A stretch of 64,000 nucleotides of DNA from Candidatus Levyibacteriota bacterium. GTDB taxonomy: Bacteria; Patescibacteriota; Microgenomatia; Levybacterales; UBA12049. This document shows positions 47,823 through 57,710 of the stretch, one piece after another (position 1 is the first letter of the stretch; the number at the start of each line of letters is the position of its first letter). The stretch lies in assembly GCA_052034235.1 (NCBI GenBank), contig JBPOIT010000009.1, positions 8,203 to 72,202 on the forward strand, read 5' to 3'. The position numbers and the translations under genes were made by a program. The notes under the pieces were generated by a model. It was not told the origin of the DNA, did not search any database, and saw only the letters and a list, made by a program, of their open reading frames with translations.

Positions 47823-49433
47823 ATGAGACATCGTTGGTTTAAGTTATTTTTTGTTGAATTGCCTCTTTTTGCTTTTGTTGGGCTGTTTGTTTGGGTGACG
47901 ATGAAGGCACTTCCCTCGCCTGCGGGAGGAGCAAGTATTTTTGAGTTGTATGTTACTTCTCATGTACAAAATCTCACCCTTCCACTTCTGCTCTACTTCT
48001 TTTTTTTGGTGTTGTATATCGTTATTGGAACGCAGATTTCTTCGAGGTATCACTCTCATCAGCGAAATATTGGGACGCGTAGTGTTCGTTATGCATTTGC
48101 ACTAGCTGCGATTTTAATTGTGTCTCTTCCCCTTTCATTTGTCGTGACGTATGTTGTTGCGTTTACGCAGATTAATTATGCTATTTACTCCTACAATTAC
48201 AAGGACGCGCAAAAGGATATTCTGACGAGCCCTCAGGCGATTGCAGACGCAATTACGTATACTGATAAGCTCAGTATCACAACGCTCTCTCCTGATACCT
48301 ATAAAAAAGACATACTGCTGTTATATATGAAACAGAAAAACGGTTTCTATGAAGAGAAATTCCTTCCAGGTTTTCCCTACATTCTCTATCAGCGCAGTTA
48401 TATTCCCTACAGTACACTTTTTCTCACCAATAACACACTCGTCGCAACAAGTATCTCTAAAAGAGACCTTTCAATAATCAGCCCTGCACTTGGCAAAATG
48501 ATTATTGAGCACAGCTTATTAGATCCAATTCAGAAAGGGCTGCCGACTGTTGATATTCTGTCACATGACGCATACATTGATTTTCGAAAACGAAGCATTG
48601 TGACACAAGTCGGTAAAATTGATGATGTCATTTATGCGGTTGATGATAGAATCGCCACAGTCAGTGCCTTTATCGCCGAGAATGAAAATTCTATTTCAAA
48701 GAACAATAATCTCAAAGAAACAACACTTGCTAAACAGCAAACAATCACCTGCAAAACACCTGAAAAATGTGAAGCCGCCAAAGAGAAATTGCAAAAGATC
48801 GTCGACCAGGCAGATAAAAATATCGCCAATGCAACCATTGCCATGCAAGGTAATCAGCAGGTACTCGGTGCAACAATTACCAACAAAAATACCCTCATTA
48901 CAAAACGTAACGAGCTGGCAGGAACGCAGGAACTGACTGAATATGAATTGGGGGTTTTTGTACCTGAAAACAAAATTAAAATGACACTTGATACAGAAAG
49001 TGAAGATGTTTTTGATGCGTATATTTCAACCCTAGCGCATGAATATCTTCACTATTTCTCCTATGTCGACGCCGAACATAAACTCGATCATTTTTTTGAA
49101 GAAGGTTTAACTGAATATTTTGCAAGAATTGCGGTCCAGCACTACACCGGCAAATCACTTGATCTCGGCTACCCGATGAGTTATCGCATAATTGCGGCTA
49201 TGGTAAATGATATTCCAAAACGTGAGTTTTTCAATGTCTATGTTGAGAAAGATCAAAAAGCGCTTGAAGCACTGCTTGATAAAACATATGGGAAATCATT
49301 CTATAAAACCAATGCAGCAATTCTTAATCAACTCAGCTATCTCCCCTTTGATCAATCACTTGATGCCGCAAATATCATCATGGCAGATATCAATGCCAAA
49401 CCTCTTAAAAAAGAAGACTTTTCAAAGAAATAA
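47823..49433 (+). CDS. Membrane-anchored HExxH zinc metallopeptidase (gluzincin-like) with inserted coiled coil
   Basis: About three N-terminal TM segments. LAHEYLHYF followed by FFEEGLTEYFA (third ligand E). Heptad-rich segment with TCKTPEKC at its middle. Start moved to ATG 47823, just after the upstream stop. Confidence 0.8.
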   Translation: MRHRWFKLFFVELPLFAFVGLFVWVTMKALPSPAGGASIFELYVTSHVQNLTLPLLLYFFFLVLYIVIGTQISSRYHSHQRNIGTRSVRYAFALAAILIVSLPLSFVVTYVVAFTQINYAIYSYNYKDAQKDILTSPQAIADAITYTDKLSITTLSPDTYKKDILLLYMKQKNGFYEEKFLPGFPYILYQRSYIPYSTLFLTNNTLVATSISKRDLSIISPALGKMIIEHSLLDPIQKGLPTVDILSHDAYIDFRKRSIVTQVGKIDDVIYAVDDRIATVSAFIAENENSISKNNNLKETTLAKQQTITCKTPEKCEAAKEKLQKIVDQADKNIANATIAMQGNQQVLGATITNKNTLITKRNELAGTQELTEYELGVFVPENKIKMTLDTESEDVFDAYISTLAHEYLHYFSYVDAEHKLDHFFEEGLTEYFARIAVQHYTGKSLDLGYPMSYRIIAAMVNDIPKREFFNVYVEKDQKALEALLDKTYGKSFYKTNAAILNQLSYLPFDQSLDAANIIMADINAKPLKKEDFSKK

Positions 49434-49441
49434 CATAGACG

Positions 49442-49927
49442 CTACGGGGTAACTGAAGGAATCTCACTAGGTGCAGTTGATGGTGGCACACTTGTAGGAG
49501 TTGCTGTCGGTGTTGGCGTTGCTGTTGGATCAGGATTGTTTGGAGCTGTTGTTGGCGTCGGTGTTGGTGTATTCGTAGCTGTCGGACTTTCAGTTGGTGT
49601 AGGGCCTTTGGTGGGCGTTTTTGAAGGTATTTGTTTGCCTGTTACAAGCGGCACTGCCTGTCTGACTGAGGGATATGGAAGAGCACGGTAATCACCTGAT
49701 CCTTTGACATCTTTTTGACCGAATTCTAATTCACCGGTTGGAAAGGGATTTGCACCGGATGCATTTCCTCCCCCTCCTGATGCAAGCCACATAATTCCTC
49801 CCACAACGACAAACACTGAGACAATCGAAACCGCAACTGTTAAGTGGTATCTATCGATAGACCATGATTTCTCCTGATTACCGATGACTGAAAGTACCTC
49901 TACTTTGTCCTCTTGTGGTGTTTCCAT
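49442..49927 (-). CDS. Single-TM protein with Pro/Thr-rich C-terminal tail
   Basis: Hydrophobic AVSIVSVFVVVGGIMWLA followed by a TPTPT-type low-complexity tail. Confidence 0.75.
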   Translation of the reverse strand: METPQEDKVEVLSVIGNQEKSWSIDRYHLTVAVSIVSVFVVVGGIMWLASGGGGNASGANPFPTGELEFGQKDVKGSGDYRALPYPSVRQAVPLVTGKQIPSKTPTKGPTPTESPTATNTPTPTPTTAPNNPDPTATPTPTATPTSVPPSTAPSEIPSVTP

Positions 49928-50033
49928 AGGCTTACTTTAAGTGTAACACGCGATAACCAATTTGCCAAATATGACAGCTTTATATTATGTTTTCTCGGAG
50001 ATTTTTCGTTTGCTCTGTCGTTTAATTAGAAGT

Positions 50034-52361
50034 TTATTGTTGTGCAGGTTGTGCTTGCTGTCCGTTCTGTTGATCTTGGCCTTGTGCAGGTGTCAACGGT
50101 GGGATGTTTGCTGCTGGATTTGGTCTAACACTTGGTGCTGGTGTAACTGATGGTGGGTTTGCAGTGTTGACGTTAACATCTGGCTGGTTTGGATCAGCAA
50201 GTGCACTATCTGCTTTAGCTGCTGAAGCTGATGCTGCACTCTGTGCGTTTGCATCTTTTACTTTAGCTGCTAATTCATCTCGGAGTTTGGATGCGATTTT
50301 GTAATCATTACTATCTTTGTTGACTTCAAGAAGTTTGACTGCTTGATCTGCAACTGCTTTTGCATTTTGGACATCACCTTTGTCACGGAGTGCGATTGAC
50401 AGGTTGAAGTAAGCATTTGCATAATCTGGTTTCAGGTTAGCTGCGTCAGAGAAGAATCTGATAGCAAGGTCATAGTTTTTGATTGAGTAATAGATACCGC
50501 CGACGTTGACACGAAGTGCAGGATTCAATGGATCTCTCTGAATTGCTCTACCGTATGAGTCGAGTGAGAAGACAAGTGCGTTTTGTGCAACTCCTGCAAT
50601 GTTTCGGTATATTGAAGCGAGTACTTCCCAATTTCGTGCTGATCGTGGACTCAAGGCGATACTTGCTCGTGCTTCATTTACTGATTGTGAAAGGAGCTGT
50701 TGGATTGTTTGACGATCCTGATCGGTCAATGTACCTTTGTCCTCTGCTGATTTAGGTCCTTTTTGTGCTGCGAGTGCGTTTGCGAGTGCAAAGTTGGTTT
50801 GTGCCATATCAACTCTGTAAAGGTCGATGTATGGATTCAATGTTTCTGCTTTTTGCAGGTTTTGATAGGTCAGAGTTCCATTTTTACTTGCTTGTACAAG
50901 TGCTTGACGATGATAGTAGTCCGCTGCAACTGCACTGTATGTTCTGATAACGACTGGTACAGCTGCGATCAGGAAGACAACAAAGACGATGATTGGGAAC
51001 AAGTCAAACTGTTTGTTATCTGATGTTGATGCTTTGATGCCCATTGAAAGTGCCATTTCTTTCTCGCGAATTGACTTCTGTGACACCATGAGTGCTGCGA
51101 AGATAAACAGTGTGATGACGAATGAGACAAGTGTTGTTGTGTGCATTGCGAGCAGTACGACTCCGACGAGTCCACTGATTGCGAGTGCAGGAAGCAAGAC
51201 ATGTGGATTGTTACTTTCAGTATCTTTCGCTGTGTCAACTGACATGTGTTTGCGAGCATTGTTCAGGACGACGATGCAGACAAAGATGAGTGCGAGCAGT
51301 CCGAAGACTCCGAGTGTGCCAAGCATTTGCAGGAATTCGTTTGATGCTGTGTCGAATGAGACATTCCAGTATGCAAGTTGGTTGAATTCAAGTGGTTTGT
51401 AGCTTGTGAAATTGTACAGGTAGGTTGAAGGACCTGTGCCGATGAAAGGTGCATCACGGAATGCTGATGCTGAGACTTTCCATGAGACTGCGAATGGCAA
51501 CTGTATTTCTTTAGGAAAACTTGCTTGCATTTTCTGCAGTCCGTCCATGCCGCCTGGCAATGGAGCATAAGAAAGGACGAGTGTTAAGACCGTGACGACG
51601 ACTGGAATAAGTGCGAATGCAAGTGTTTTTTTAACCTGTGCAGGTTTGCTGATGAAAAAGCTGACTGCAAAGACAATGAGCAGTGCAATGTAGCTTGCGA
51701 TAGAGCCGGTAAGGACGATTGTGACTGCAAATAGGATTGAGATTGCGATTGCAACAGGTGATGGAATATATTTATTTGGGTTGATGATTGACAACAGTGC
51801 CATAGGTAATAAGAGCAGCAGCATTGCAATTGTTGAGAATGACGAACCAGTTGGCGTGAAGTTAACAGCCCGTGCAAAGTCCATTGGTAGGAATGCGCCG
51901 AAGAAGGAAAGGATACTTATAAGAGAGACGACAACCGCGCTGCCGAATAAGACATATATAAAGGTCTTGATTTGTGCCAAGCTTTTTAAGTGACTGACCG
52001 TTACGAAGTACAATAATATATAAGTAACCCAAGCCACAGCTGAGCCATGAACACGTGGGAAGTTACCAAAGATTGCGGTATTTTTTGAATCAGTAAAGTA
52101 TGTCGAGACAAGGACTGCAACGAGCAGTAGGATTAAAGGAATATCAAGCGGCGTTCTTGTCACAACTACCTTCCCTTTAATAATAGAAGAGAAAATCCAA
52201 AGACCAATTAAAAGAAGTGTTGCGACCAAAAGAAATACCAATTTTGGAATTTCAAAGAATTCAGTCATTTGGTTAAAGAAGAGAAGAGGTGTTAATCCGA
52301 CAACAATTAGAAGTATAAATGTTATTGCGTGATCCAAATAGGTAGACAGTGTTTTTTTCAT
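50034..52361 (-). CDS. O-antigen ligase/oligosaccharyltransferase-like polytopic membrane protein with C-terminal TPRs
   Basis: About 12 TM segments, Wzy_C-like signature W...PFIGTGPSTY...ASNEFLQMLGTLGVFG, TPR helices (AIQRDPLNP, AANLKPDYANAYFNL) and a Pro/Gln-rich tail. Confidence 0.85.
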   Translation of the reverse strand: MKKTLSTYLDHAITFILLIVVGLTPLLFFNQMTEFFEIPKLVFLLVATLLLIGLWIFSSIIKGKVVVTRTPLDIPLILLLVAVLVSTYFTDSKNTAIFGNFPRVHGSAVAWVTYILLYFVTVSHLKSLAQIKTFIYVLFGSAVVVSLISILSFFGAFLPMDFARAVNFTPTGSSFSTIAMLLLLLPMALLSIINPNKYIPSPVAIAISILFAVTIVLTGSIASYIALLIVFAVSFFISKPAQVKKTLAFALIPVVVTVLTLVLSYAPLPGGMDGLQKMQASFPKEIQLPFAVSWKVSASAFRDAPFIGTGPSTYLYNFTSYKPLEFNQLAYWNVSFDTASNEFLQMLGTLGVFGLLALIFVCIVVLNNARKHMSVDTAKDTESNNPHVLLPALAISGLVGVVLLAMHTTTLVSFVITLFIFAALMVSQKSIREKEMALSMGIKASTSDNKQFDLFPIIVFVVFLIAAVPVVIRTYSAVAADYYHRQALVQASKNGTLTYQNLQKAETLNPYIDLYRVDMAQTNFALANALAAQKGPKSAEDKGTLTDQDRQTIQQLLSQSVNEARASIALSPRSARNWEVLASIYRNIAGVAQNALVFSLDSYGRAIQRDPLNPALRVNVGGIYYSIKNYDLAIRFFSDAANLKPDYANAYFNLSIALRDKGDVQNAKAVADQAVKLLEVNKDSNDYKIASKLRDELAAKVKDANAQSAASASAAKADSALADPNQPDVNVNTANPPSVTPAPSVRPNPAANIPPLTPAQGQDQQNGQQAQPAQQ

Positions 52362-52484
52362 AACTATATATTCTTCAGAAGGAATGTCTTGTAAAAAACA
52401 CCTTTCTAAAGTTTGTTTAATTGATTAATAATATTAAGACAGAAAATGATTTACACGTCAATAAGCAATTTTATACCCTATCCC

Positions 52485-52514
52485 TTGACAACAAGCATTT
52501 AGGTTCGATACAAT
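52485..52514 (+). promoter_or_regulatory. Sigma70-type promoter, probably leaderless
   Basis: TTGACA (52485-52490), 18 nt, TACAAT (52509-52514), 6 nt, ATG 52521. Confidence 0.65.
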
Positions 52515-52520
52515 ATATTT

Positions 52521-52994
52521 ATGGTCGAAAACTTCACTCTTTCACAATTCAATTCTCTCTACCCTACAGATGATATTTGTCTTGAGAAAATCAAGAGAAT
52601 TAAATACCCCAAAGGTATCGTTTGTATATCCTGTAAAAAAATAACCAAGCATTACAAGGTAAAGAATAGACCTGCTTACACGTGCAAAATCTGTCGAAGT
52701 CAATTGTATCCACTTGCCGGTACAATTTTTGAAAAATCCTCTACTCCACTACGATTATGGTTTTATTCCCTCTATCTCATGATCACAACAAGAGGAGATG
52801 TCTCGGCAAAAGGCCTTCAGAGGGAATTAGGAGTAACATACAAAACTGCATGGAGAATACGTAGTGCAATTTATAAACTGATGGCCCAAAACGGAGGCGA
52901 CTTACTTGCAAAAGAGCCAGAGGAAAATACTATTAAAAAATGGACCTTCTTCAAACGTCTTACCTTTAGTGTCACAGAAACACAAAAAGGTTAG
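52521..52994 (+). CDS. IS1595-family transposase N-terminal derivative (zinc ribbon + HTH, no DDE domain)
   Basis: CISC...YTCKIC zinc ribbon, LAGTIFEKSSTPLRLWF and SAKGLQRELGVTYKTAWRI. The catalytic VEVDE-type DDE region is absent and no terminal inverted repeats were found. Confidence 0.82.
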   Translation: MVENFTLSQFNSLYPTDDICLEKIKRIKYPKGIVCISCKKITKHYKVKNRPAYTCKICRSQLYPLAGTIFEKSSTPLRLWFYSLYLMITTRGDVSAKGLQRELGVTYKTAWRIRSAIYKLMAQNGGDLLAKEPEENTIKKWTFFKRLTFSVTETQKG

Positions 52995-53000
52995 TGATAC

Positions 53001-53132
53001 TTACTGAGGGAGTCTCACTGCTCGTTTTAATAATTCATTAAAGTCTTTTTCGGTCGTCGCCTTCTCCCCTTTTTTAAAAAGCTTTCTTACTTTTTTATCT
53101 CGAATGACAATTCGCTCTGATTTCGATTTCAT
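53001..53132 (-). CDS. Small basic hypothetical protein, 43 aa (below the track cutoff)
   Basis: ATG 53132 to TAA 53001: MKSKSERIVIRDKKVRKLFKKGEKATTEKDFNELLKRAVRLPQ. TATAAT at 53151-53146 upstream. Fills the intergenic gap without overlap. Confidence 0.55.
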   Translation of the reverse strand: MKSKSERIVIRDKKVRKLFKKGEKATTEKDFNELLKRAVRLPQ

Positions 53133-53217
53133 AGTGTGAGTATACATTATATATGTATTGTGAAGAAAGAGTGGTGTATGGAATAAATCTTCTAGAACAT
53201 GCTATTATAAATAGAGT

Positions 53218-54245
53218 ATGCTCGCTAAATTCCTTTCCGCTGCCGTTGTTGGCCTTGATGCACTCCCCGTTGAAGTAGAAGTCGACATCGCATCGCAAGG
53301 ACTTCCCTCGTTTACCATTGTGGGACTCCCTGATAAAGCAGTTGAAGAGGCAAGAGAGAGTTCGTTCTGCCATGCGTAATACAGGCGCTGATTTCCCAGC
53401 ACGCAGAATAACTGTCAATCTCTCCCCGTATGACAGTTGAGAAGATGGTTGAAGAAACCAAAATTTACAGCGTCGCAGGACTCTTAGGAAAAGAACCAAT
53501 GATTCGCAGACGGCCTTTTCGAGCACCGCATCATACAACCTCGCTTGTCGGACTGATTGGTGGTGATTCATACCCAAAACCTGGGGAAATCACCCTTGCC
53601 CACCTCGGCGTATTATTTTTAGATGAATTTCCTGAGTTTCCTAGAAACGTTTTGGAGAGCTTAAGACAACCTATTGAAGATAATATCGTCTCAATTTCCC
53701 GCGCCAGCGGCAAAACAACCTTCCCAGCTAAGTGTATGTTATTCGCTGCGCATAACCCGTGTCCATGTGGATATCTTGGGGATAAGTCCCACAATTGTAC
53801 TTGTGCACCGGGACAAATCTTGAAATATCAAAAGAAACTCTCCGGTCCACTACTTGACCGTATTGATATACATGTGCATGTTCCAGCGGTAAAAGTTGAG
53901 AAGCTCACTGAAAAAGACACAACAGGCATTGAAGATTCAGCGACAATAAGAGAACGCGTACAAAATGCCAGAGATCGACAATTATATAGGTATAAGAAAA
54001 CAACAATAACTGCCAATGCCGAGCTCTCCAATAAAGCAATAAAAGAATATTGCGCGTTATCCGATGAATGTATACCCATCCTCCGAATGGCAGTCAGCAA
54101 AATGCTATTATCAGGAAAGTCGTATTACCGTATTCTCAAACTTTCACGAACCATTGCTGATTTGGATGATAAAACAGACATTTTGCCAAATCACATAGCA
54201 GAAGCTCTCCAATACCGCCCAAAAACAGAATCAGCTAATGCCTAA
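53218..54245 (+). pseudogene. comM: ComM/YifB Mg-chelatase-like AAA+ ATPase pseudogene
   Basis: ATG 53218 gives [48 protein letters not shown] frameshift in the AG run near 53358 is followed by [23 protein letters not shown], which joins directly to MTVEK..TKIYSVAGL..RPFRAPHHT..GVLFLDEFPEF..NPCPCG. The Walker A region is missing. Confidence 0.9.
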
Positions 54246-54288
54246 GATGATTTCACACGACATAACTATTCTGTTAGAATAATGAGAC

Positions 54289-56643
54289 ATGGATAAAGGA
54301 CTCACTGCCCGGGAGGTTCTTCTTGCTCGAACAAAATATGGCAAGAATATTATCTCAGCCAACAATTCCACATCAATTCTCCATATTTTTGGATCACAAT
54401 TACTGACAACAATTAACTTTATTCTCTTTTTTGCCGGAGTTTTCTTCCTAGTAACACAAGATTCAATTGATGGTTTTTTTATCTTTGCAGTCATTATTAT
54501 TAATGCATGTTTTGGTTTTATTCAGGAGTACCGCGCGGAAAAATCACTTGAGAAACTCAAACAATTTGCGGCACCGATTGCAAGAGTTAAAAGGGATAAT
54601 AAGGAGCAAGAAATACTCGCTGAGGACTTAGTGCCTGGCGACTTAGTCATCCTCTCAGAAGGATCTCGTATACCAGCTGATGGAATGATCATGAATGAGA
54701 GCATGCTTGAAGTTGATGAATCAATCCTTACGGGTGAATCAATTGCCGTTGTTAAGAATTCGCAGGATACGGTGTACTGGGGAACGCTCGTCACAAAAGG
54801 AAATGCATTGATGCGGGTAGAAAAAATAGGCATGGAGACACGATTTGGACAAATTGCCCACACGCTTACTGATATAAAAGAAGAAAAGACACCTCTCCAA
54901 AAGAACTTTGATCAATTAGGCAAGACTCTCTCCTTATTTGCACTTGGTGCAGGCTTTTTAATTATTCCGGCAGGTCTCTTTCATAATGTAGATATCGTTC
55001 CACTACTACTCATTGCAGGAACGATTGGTGTAGCGGCTATCCCAGAAGGTTTACCCGCCGTTATTACGATTGCTTTCGCGCTCGGGACACATAGAATGGC
55101 AAAAAATAACGCAATTGTACGTAAAATGGCAGCAATTGAAACCTTAGGCGCTATTCAAGTCATTGTTTCAGATAAAACCGGAACAATAACCCAAAATAAA
55201 ATGACCGTGAAAGAGTATTGGCTGAGCGACAATGCAACATTACATTTTTTTGTACGCGCATGTTTACTTGGAAATACAGCTTCGCTTGTAGAGAAAGCGA
55301 ATAATGACTTTGATATCATTGGTGACCAAACAGACGGCGCAATGCTGGTTTGGGCAAAAGGACATGAAGCACTTGCAAAGACTGAAGGAGGAAAGGTCCT
55401 AGATGAATACGTGTTTGATAATAATACAAAAACAATATCCACACTTTGGCATCATAACGCACACGAATATGCATTTGTACGAGGAGCTCCTGAATCAGTA
55501 ATTGCGCGATGTAAAGTTTCAGAACATGAGAAAGTACGCATCCAAAAACAGGTTGAGATGTATGCAAAGACAGGACTCAGAACAATTGGTTTTGCATACA
55601 AACGTGCCGAGAAAATTGATAAAAAGGATAGAGCAGTAATAGAAAATGGATTAACATTTCTGGGAATACTAGCCATTTACGATCCCCCACGCCCAGAAAT
55701 AAAAGAAGCCCTCGCCAAAGCACGAGGAGCAGGCATACAAGTAATGATGGTCACTGGAGATAATGAATACACAGCGCTCGCGCTTTCAAAAGAAGTAGGA
55801 CTCGTAGAAAACGATGAAGATGTTGTTACTGGTGACGAACTCGAAAAGCTTTCAGATGAACAACTATCATCAATCCTTCTTAAAACAAGAATTTTTGCTC
55901 GTACAAAACCTGAACAGAAATTAAGGATAACGACTTTGCTTCAAAAAATGGGAATTATTGTCGGGGTAACAGGCGACGGTGTAAACGATGCGCTTGCTTT
56001 AAAGAAAGCAAATGTCGGCGTTTCTATGGGCAAAAAAGGTACTGATGTTGCAAAAGAAGCATCGGATATTATCCTCGCAGACGACAATTTTGCAACGCTT
56101 GTAAAAGCGATTGAAGAAGGACGAATTATTTATAAAAATATTGTTAACGCAATTCTCTATTTGATCTCTGGAAATCTTGCTAAAATTCTTCTTGTTTTCA
56201 TGACGACACTTTTCAACCTACCTTTGCCCCTTTTACCTACTCAAATTTTATGGATAAACCTTATTACTGATAGTATTCCAGCCCTCGCATTAGCGACAGG
56301 TACTCGAGATAGTTCTGTACTTCTTCATAAACCCCGAGACCCAAAATCACAACTACTTAACACAGAAAGACTGCTGATGGTAACCGTTATTGCACTCGCA
56401 CTTGCCGACGCTATGTTATTTCAATACTATTTTCTCTTAAAAACTATACCGGTGGAAGAAGCGCGTACTATAATTTTTAATAGTTTAGTATATTCTCATT
56501 TACTTATTGTCATTGTCTTCGGATGGCATTCGATAAGGAAAGGAAACAAAACTCTTATAATGACGATCGTGTTTATCGTTCTCCTTCAACTATTTGTCAC
56601 TTTTAATCCATTCCTCCAGATACTATTACATTTGAAAGTATAA
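54289..56643 (+). CDS. Cation-transporting P-type ATPase (type IIA-like)
   Basis: TGES, PEGL, DKTGT, DPPR, MVTGD, GDGVND and QILWINLITD motifs. Confidence 0.93.
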   Translation: MDKGLTAREVLLARTKYGKNIISANNSTSILHIFGSQLLTTINFILFFAGVFFLVTQDSIDGFFIFAVIIINACFGFIQEYRAEKSLEKLKQFAAPIARVKRDNKEQEILAEDLVPGDLVILSEGSRIPADGMIMNESMLEVDESILTGESIAVVKNSQDTVYWGTLVTKGNALMRVEKIGMETRFGQIAHTLTDIKEEKTPLQKNFDQLGKTLSLFALGAGFLIIPAGLFHNVDIVPLLLIAGTIGVAAIPEGLPAVITIAFALGTHRMAKNNAIVRKMAAIETLGAIQVIVSDKTGTITQNKMTVKEYWLSDNATLHFFVRACLLGNTASLVEKANNDFDIIGDQTDGAMLVWAKGHEALAKTEGGKVLDEYVFDNNTKTISTLWHHNAHEYAFVRGAPESVIARCKVSEHEKVRIQKQVEMYAKTGLRTIGFAYKRAEKIDKKDRAVIENGLTFLGILAIYDPPRPEIKEALAKARGAGIQVMMVTGDNEYTALALSKEVGLVENDEDVVTGDELEKLSDEQLSSILLKTRIFARTKPEQKLRITTLLQKMGIIVGVTGDGVNDALALKKANVGVSMGKKGTDVAKEASDIILADDNFATLVKAIEEGRIIYKNIVNAILYLISGNLAKILLVFMTTLFNLPLPLLPTQILWINLITDSIPALALATGTRDSSVLLHKPRDPKSQLLNTERLLMVTVIALALADAMLFQYYFLLKTIPVEEARTIIFNSLVYSHLLIVIVFGWHSIRKGNKTLIMTIVFIVLLQLFVTFNPFLQILLHLKV

Positions 56644-56674
56644 CAGGACAATTTTCTACGATAAAAGAGGCTAA

Positions 56675-57709
56675 CTATAACAACGGTTGCTGTTTGTCTG
56701 CAGTTTTTTTAAATGAACGTCCAATATGAATATATGCAGCCTCTGTTGCAACTCTTCCCCTTGGCGTTCGCTGCAGAAACCCTAGCTGGAGTAAATAAGG
56801 TTCAACAATATCTTCAAGTGTGCCGCTATCCTCTGAAATAGTTGCCGCAATCGTATCTATGCCAACCGGCCCGCCTTTATGTTTTTCAATAATTGCTTTG
56901 AGAAACTTCATGTCCAATGGATCCAAACCTTTTTCGTCGACATCAAGCATTTTTAATGCGTCCTCAGTAGCTTTTTCATCAATGTGCCCGTGACCACGAA
57001 CTTGGGCATAGTCTCTCACTCTTTTTAATAATTTCAGAGCAATTCTGGGTGTACCCCTTGCACGTCTCGCAATTTCATGAATACTGTCTTTATCAACATT
57101 AATATTCAGTTTTTTAGCAGCACCCTCGATAATCTTTCCTAATTCTACAGGGTCATAAAAATTTAACCGATGAACAACGCCAAACCTATCACGAAGTGGC
57201 GCAGAAAGCATACCAGCCCTTGTGGTCGCACCGATAATGGTAAACTGCGGCAAATCCAAACGCATCGTTCTCGCAGACGGTCCTTTCCCCAAAACGATAT
57301 CAAGCGCATAATCTTCCATGGCAGGATACATTGTCTCCTCAACTGCTTTATTTAACCTATGAATTTCATCAATAAACAGAATATCTCCTTTTTCGAGATT
57401 GGTAAGAATTGAGGCTAGATCCCCTGCTCTTTCAAGCGCTGGCCCAGTTGTCACACGTATATTAGCGCCCATTTCGCGCGCAACGATATGCGCAAGTGAG
57501 GTCTTACCGAGTCCAGGAGGTCCATAAAGGAGTATATGTTCAATTGCTTCTTCACGTTTTCTTGCAGCTTCTATGGCTATTTGTAGTGAGGTTTTAACAC
57601 CTTGTTGACCATGAAATTCATTCCAAGAACCAGCGCGTAGGGATGTAATCAGAACTTCTTCTTCAATTGTCACATCTTCAGCTTGTAGCACATTTTGTTT
57701 TTTTGTCAT
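56675..57709 (-). CDS. ruvB: Holliday junction branch migration ATPase RuvB
   Basis: [31 protein letters not shown] and RTPRGR. Confidence 0.98.
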   Translation of the reverse strand: MTKKQNVLQAEDVTIEEEVLITSLRAGSWNEFHGQQGVKTSLQIAIEAARKREEAIEHILLYGPPGLGKTSLAHIVAREMGANIRVTTGPALERAGDLASILTNLEKGDILFIDEIHRLNKAVEETMYPAMEDYALDIVLGKGPSARTMRLDLPQFTIIGATTRAGMLSAPLRDRFGVVHRLNFYDPVELGKIIEGAAKKLNINVDKDSIHEIARRARGTPRIALKLLKRVRDYAQVRGHGHIDEKATEDALKMLDVDEKGLDPLDMKFLKAIIEKHKGGPVGIDTIAATISEDSGTLEDIVEPYLLQLGFLQRTPRGRVATEAAYIHIGRSFKKTADKQQPLL

Positions 57710-57710
57710 A

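Noticed and set aside
49480-49610. Short gttggcgt/gttggtgt repeats
   Set aside because: Explained by the Pro/Thr-coding low-complexity tail of the minus-strand gene.
52400-53200. Active IS1595 insertion sequence
   Set aside because: No DDE domain, terminal inverted repeats or target-site duplication identified.
53095-53577. 160-aa and 65-aa minus-strand ORFs
   Set aside because: Antisense to the recognisable 5' part of the comM pseudogene.
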